From contig CAJFCJ010000028.1 of assembly GCA_904063045.1 (NCBI GenBank), positions 1 through 64,000 on the forward strand: a DNA stretch of 64,000 bases, given 5' to 3'. The translations under genes were made by a program, and so were the position numbers. Shown one piece after another: positions 62,559 through 64,000 of this stretch. The stretch comes from Dimorphilus gyrociliatus. Its lineage: Eukaryota > Animalia > Annelida. The first letter of the stretch is position 1. Each line of letters begins with the position of its first letter. The notes beneath the pieces were generated by a model that was not told where the DNA came from, searched no databases, and worked only from the letters and a program-made list of their open reading frames with translations.

Positions 62559-63698
62559 TTAGCTAATTTTCCATAATTTTATAGATCCATCATCACTACA
62601 ACTCGCTAACAAGTCTTCATTTGGATGCCATGCAACACAATTGACATCTTCGTCATGTGCCCGAATTTGATTGCTTTGCAAATTTAAAACTAATTCGGCG
62701 TTTTCATTAGAAAATTCCTGAACTTTGAAAACTTTTACAGAATCGTCTCCGCAAGCAGTTGATATTAGTTGCGATTTATGTTTCCTGATGGGTTAAAACT
62801 TGATATTATGACAAAAAAGAAAGAAAATCTGATACAAACCAATCAACACAATAAATTGGTCGACTATGACTTTGAGGTAAGTTGGAAATACATGTCCAGA
62901 TATCAGGTTCTACTTCTTTCCAAATTTTCAAGCTTCTGTCGTCACTACAGGACACCAAATATTTACCATCGCCTGACCAGGATATGGACCATACAGTTGA
63001 AGTGTGTCCTTCCAAAGTACAAAATGGTAGCCAATCATCGGCTCCTTTTCGATAAAGCTTTATACTATTGTCATAGCTGCTAGAGGCAAATATCTCAAAC
63101 TTTGGATTCCATTTTATACATTTTACATCTTGTGAATGAGAATTCATCACAGAAGCACATTCAAAGTTTTCCTCATCATCAACTGAGAAATAAAGAAATA
63201 TGTATAAGCTTTTCGAAGAAATGAAGTTTCTTACATTCCCACACCCATACGCTTTTGTCTCTGCTGCATGTTGCAAGGTATTTCCCAGTGGCGGCCCAAG
63301 AAACACTTTTAACTTCATTTTCATGTCCTTCTAAGGTACCTATACAATCCCAATCTTTGGCTTCACTCCAAATACAAGTTGTTGCATCAAAACTTGCTGA
63401 CGCTAAATATTTACCACATGGAGACCAAGCAAGACTTCTAATCGTCCTTATGTGTCCATTTTCTAAAGTTTGTATGCACCGAAATTCATTTTGAGAATCT
63501 GAAGGAGAAACTATATTATCGCTCAGCATCTTCATCAATCTTCTTTCAATTAAAATAAAATATAATACTTTTTTCCCATAATCGTATTTTCTTATCAGAA
63601 CCACAGGAAGCTAATATCGTCCCAGAAGGATTCCAACAGACAAACCAAACTTTAGAATTACAGTTTTCAAATTCTCGAATGCAACTTAATTGAAGCAT
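62559..63698 (-). CDS. CIAO1: Cytosolic iron-sulfur assembly component 1 (WD40), multi-exon
   Basis: [67 protein letters not shown] and LLASCSDDG. Confidence 0.95.
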
Positions 63699-64000
63699 AT
63701 TTCTTCACAAGGCAAAAAAATCATGCAGTTAACACTACTCAACAAACGGTATTACTAAATCGTATGTGGCGGTTACTTCAAAATCTTCAACCATACTTTT
63801 TATGCATTTTACCACCAAAATTCACACTAAACTTATAAATTTTTTTCGTAAGTATTTCTAAATTAAGTTTGGAAAAATTTTATCCAAAAAAATTTCATAT
63901 AAATTAGTTTGAAAAAAATTATTGTTGCATTGGTCAAAGAACCACACTTTTCACCATGCTCGTCACTTGGCGCACGGTTTTCACATAGCATTGTGTGAGC

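Noticed and set aside
1-64000. tRNA, rRNA, snRNA, iron-responsive elements and U12-type introns
   Set aside because: No cloverleaf, rRNA or snRNA signature was found; CAGTGH loops lack IRE stems; all introns I resolved were GT-AG without the RTATCCTT donor. A manual scan could miss divergent cases.

Overview
AT-rich (roughly 30% GC by eye) eukaryotic genomic DNA with very short GT-AG introns (mostly 50-70 nt) and tightly packed genes. It is a compact-genome protostome animal, most consistent with a miniaturised annelid such as Dimorphilus gyrociliatus (inference from intron size, gene density, a canonical Trk and a protostome-type lin-28 knuckle). I reconstructed 20 protein-coding genes by splicing: ACO2 (5' part outside the window), BBOX1, a RUN-PDZ-PTB adaptor, prominin-a, lin-28, prominin-b, CCDC15, a cytosolic ALDH1A-like gene, Trk, three BRI3-family paralogs, an orphan single-pass membrane protein, AP3B1, a SIX6OS1-like coiled-coil protein, an intronless degenerate UGT, FHIP2/FAM160B, EXOC3 and CIAO1. 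There is an internally deleted Tc1-type transposon in a Trk intron and probable decayed retroelement debris at 34.5-37.4 kb. No rRNA, tRNA or CRISPR could be supported. Most notable: (1) 11 exact TATA-CAG/CTG-TATA motifs that match Tc1-type excision footprints and the resident element's termini; (2) a probable SIX6OS1/SYP-4-type synaptonemal-complex protein with C-terminal Phe clusters; (3) a UGT pseudoenzyme that keeps its ER topology signals; (4) lin-28 sandwiched between prominin paralogs with no let-7 or miR-125 sites downstream; (5) recurrent CTCF-like motifs; (6) a pre-miRNA-like hairpin and two candidate microexons.
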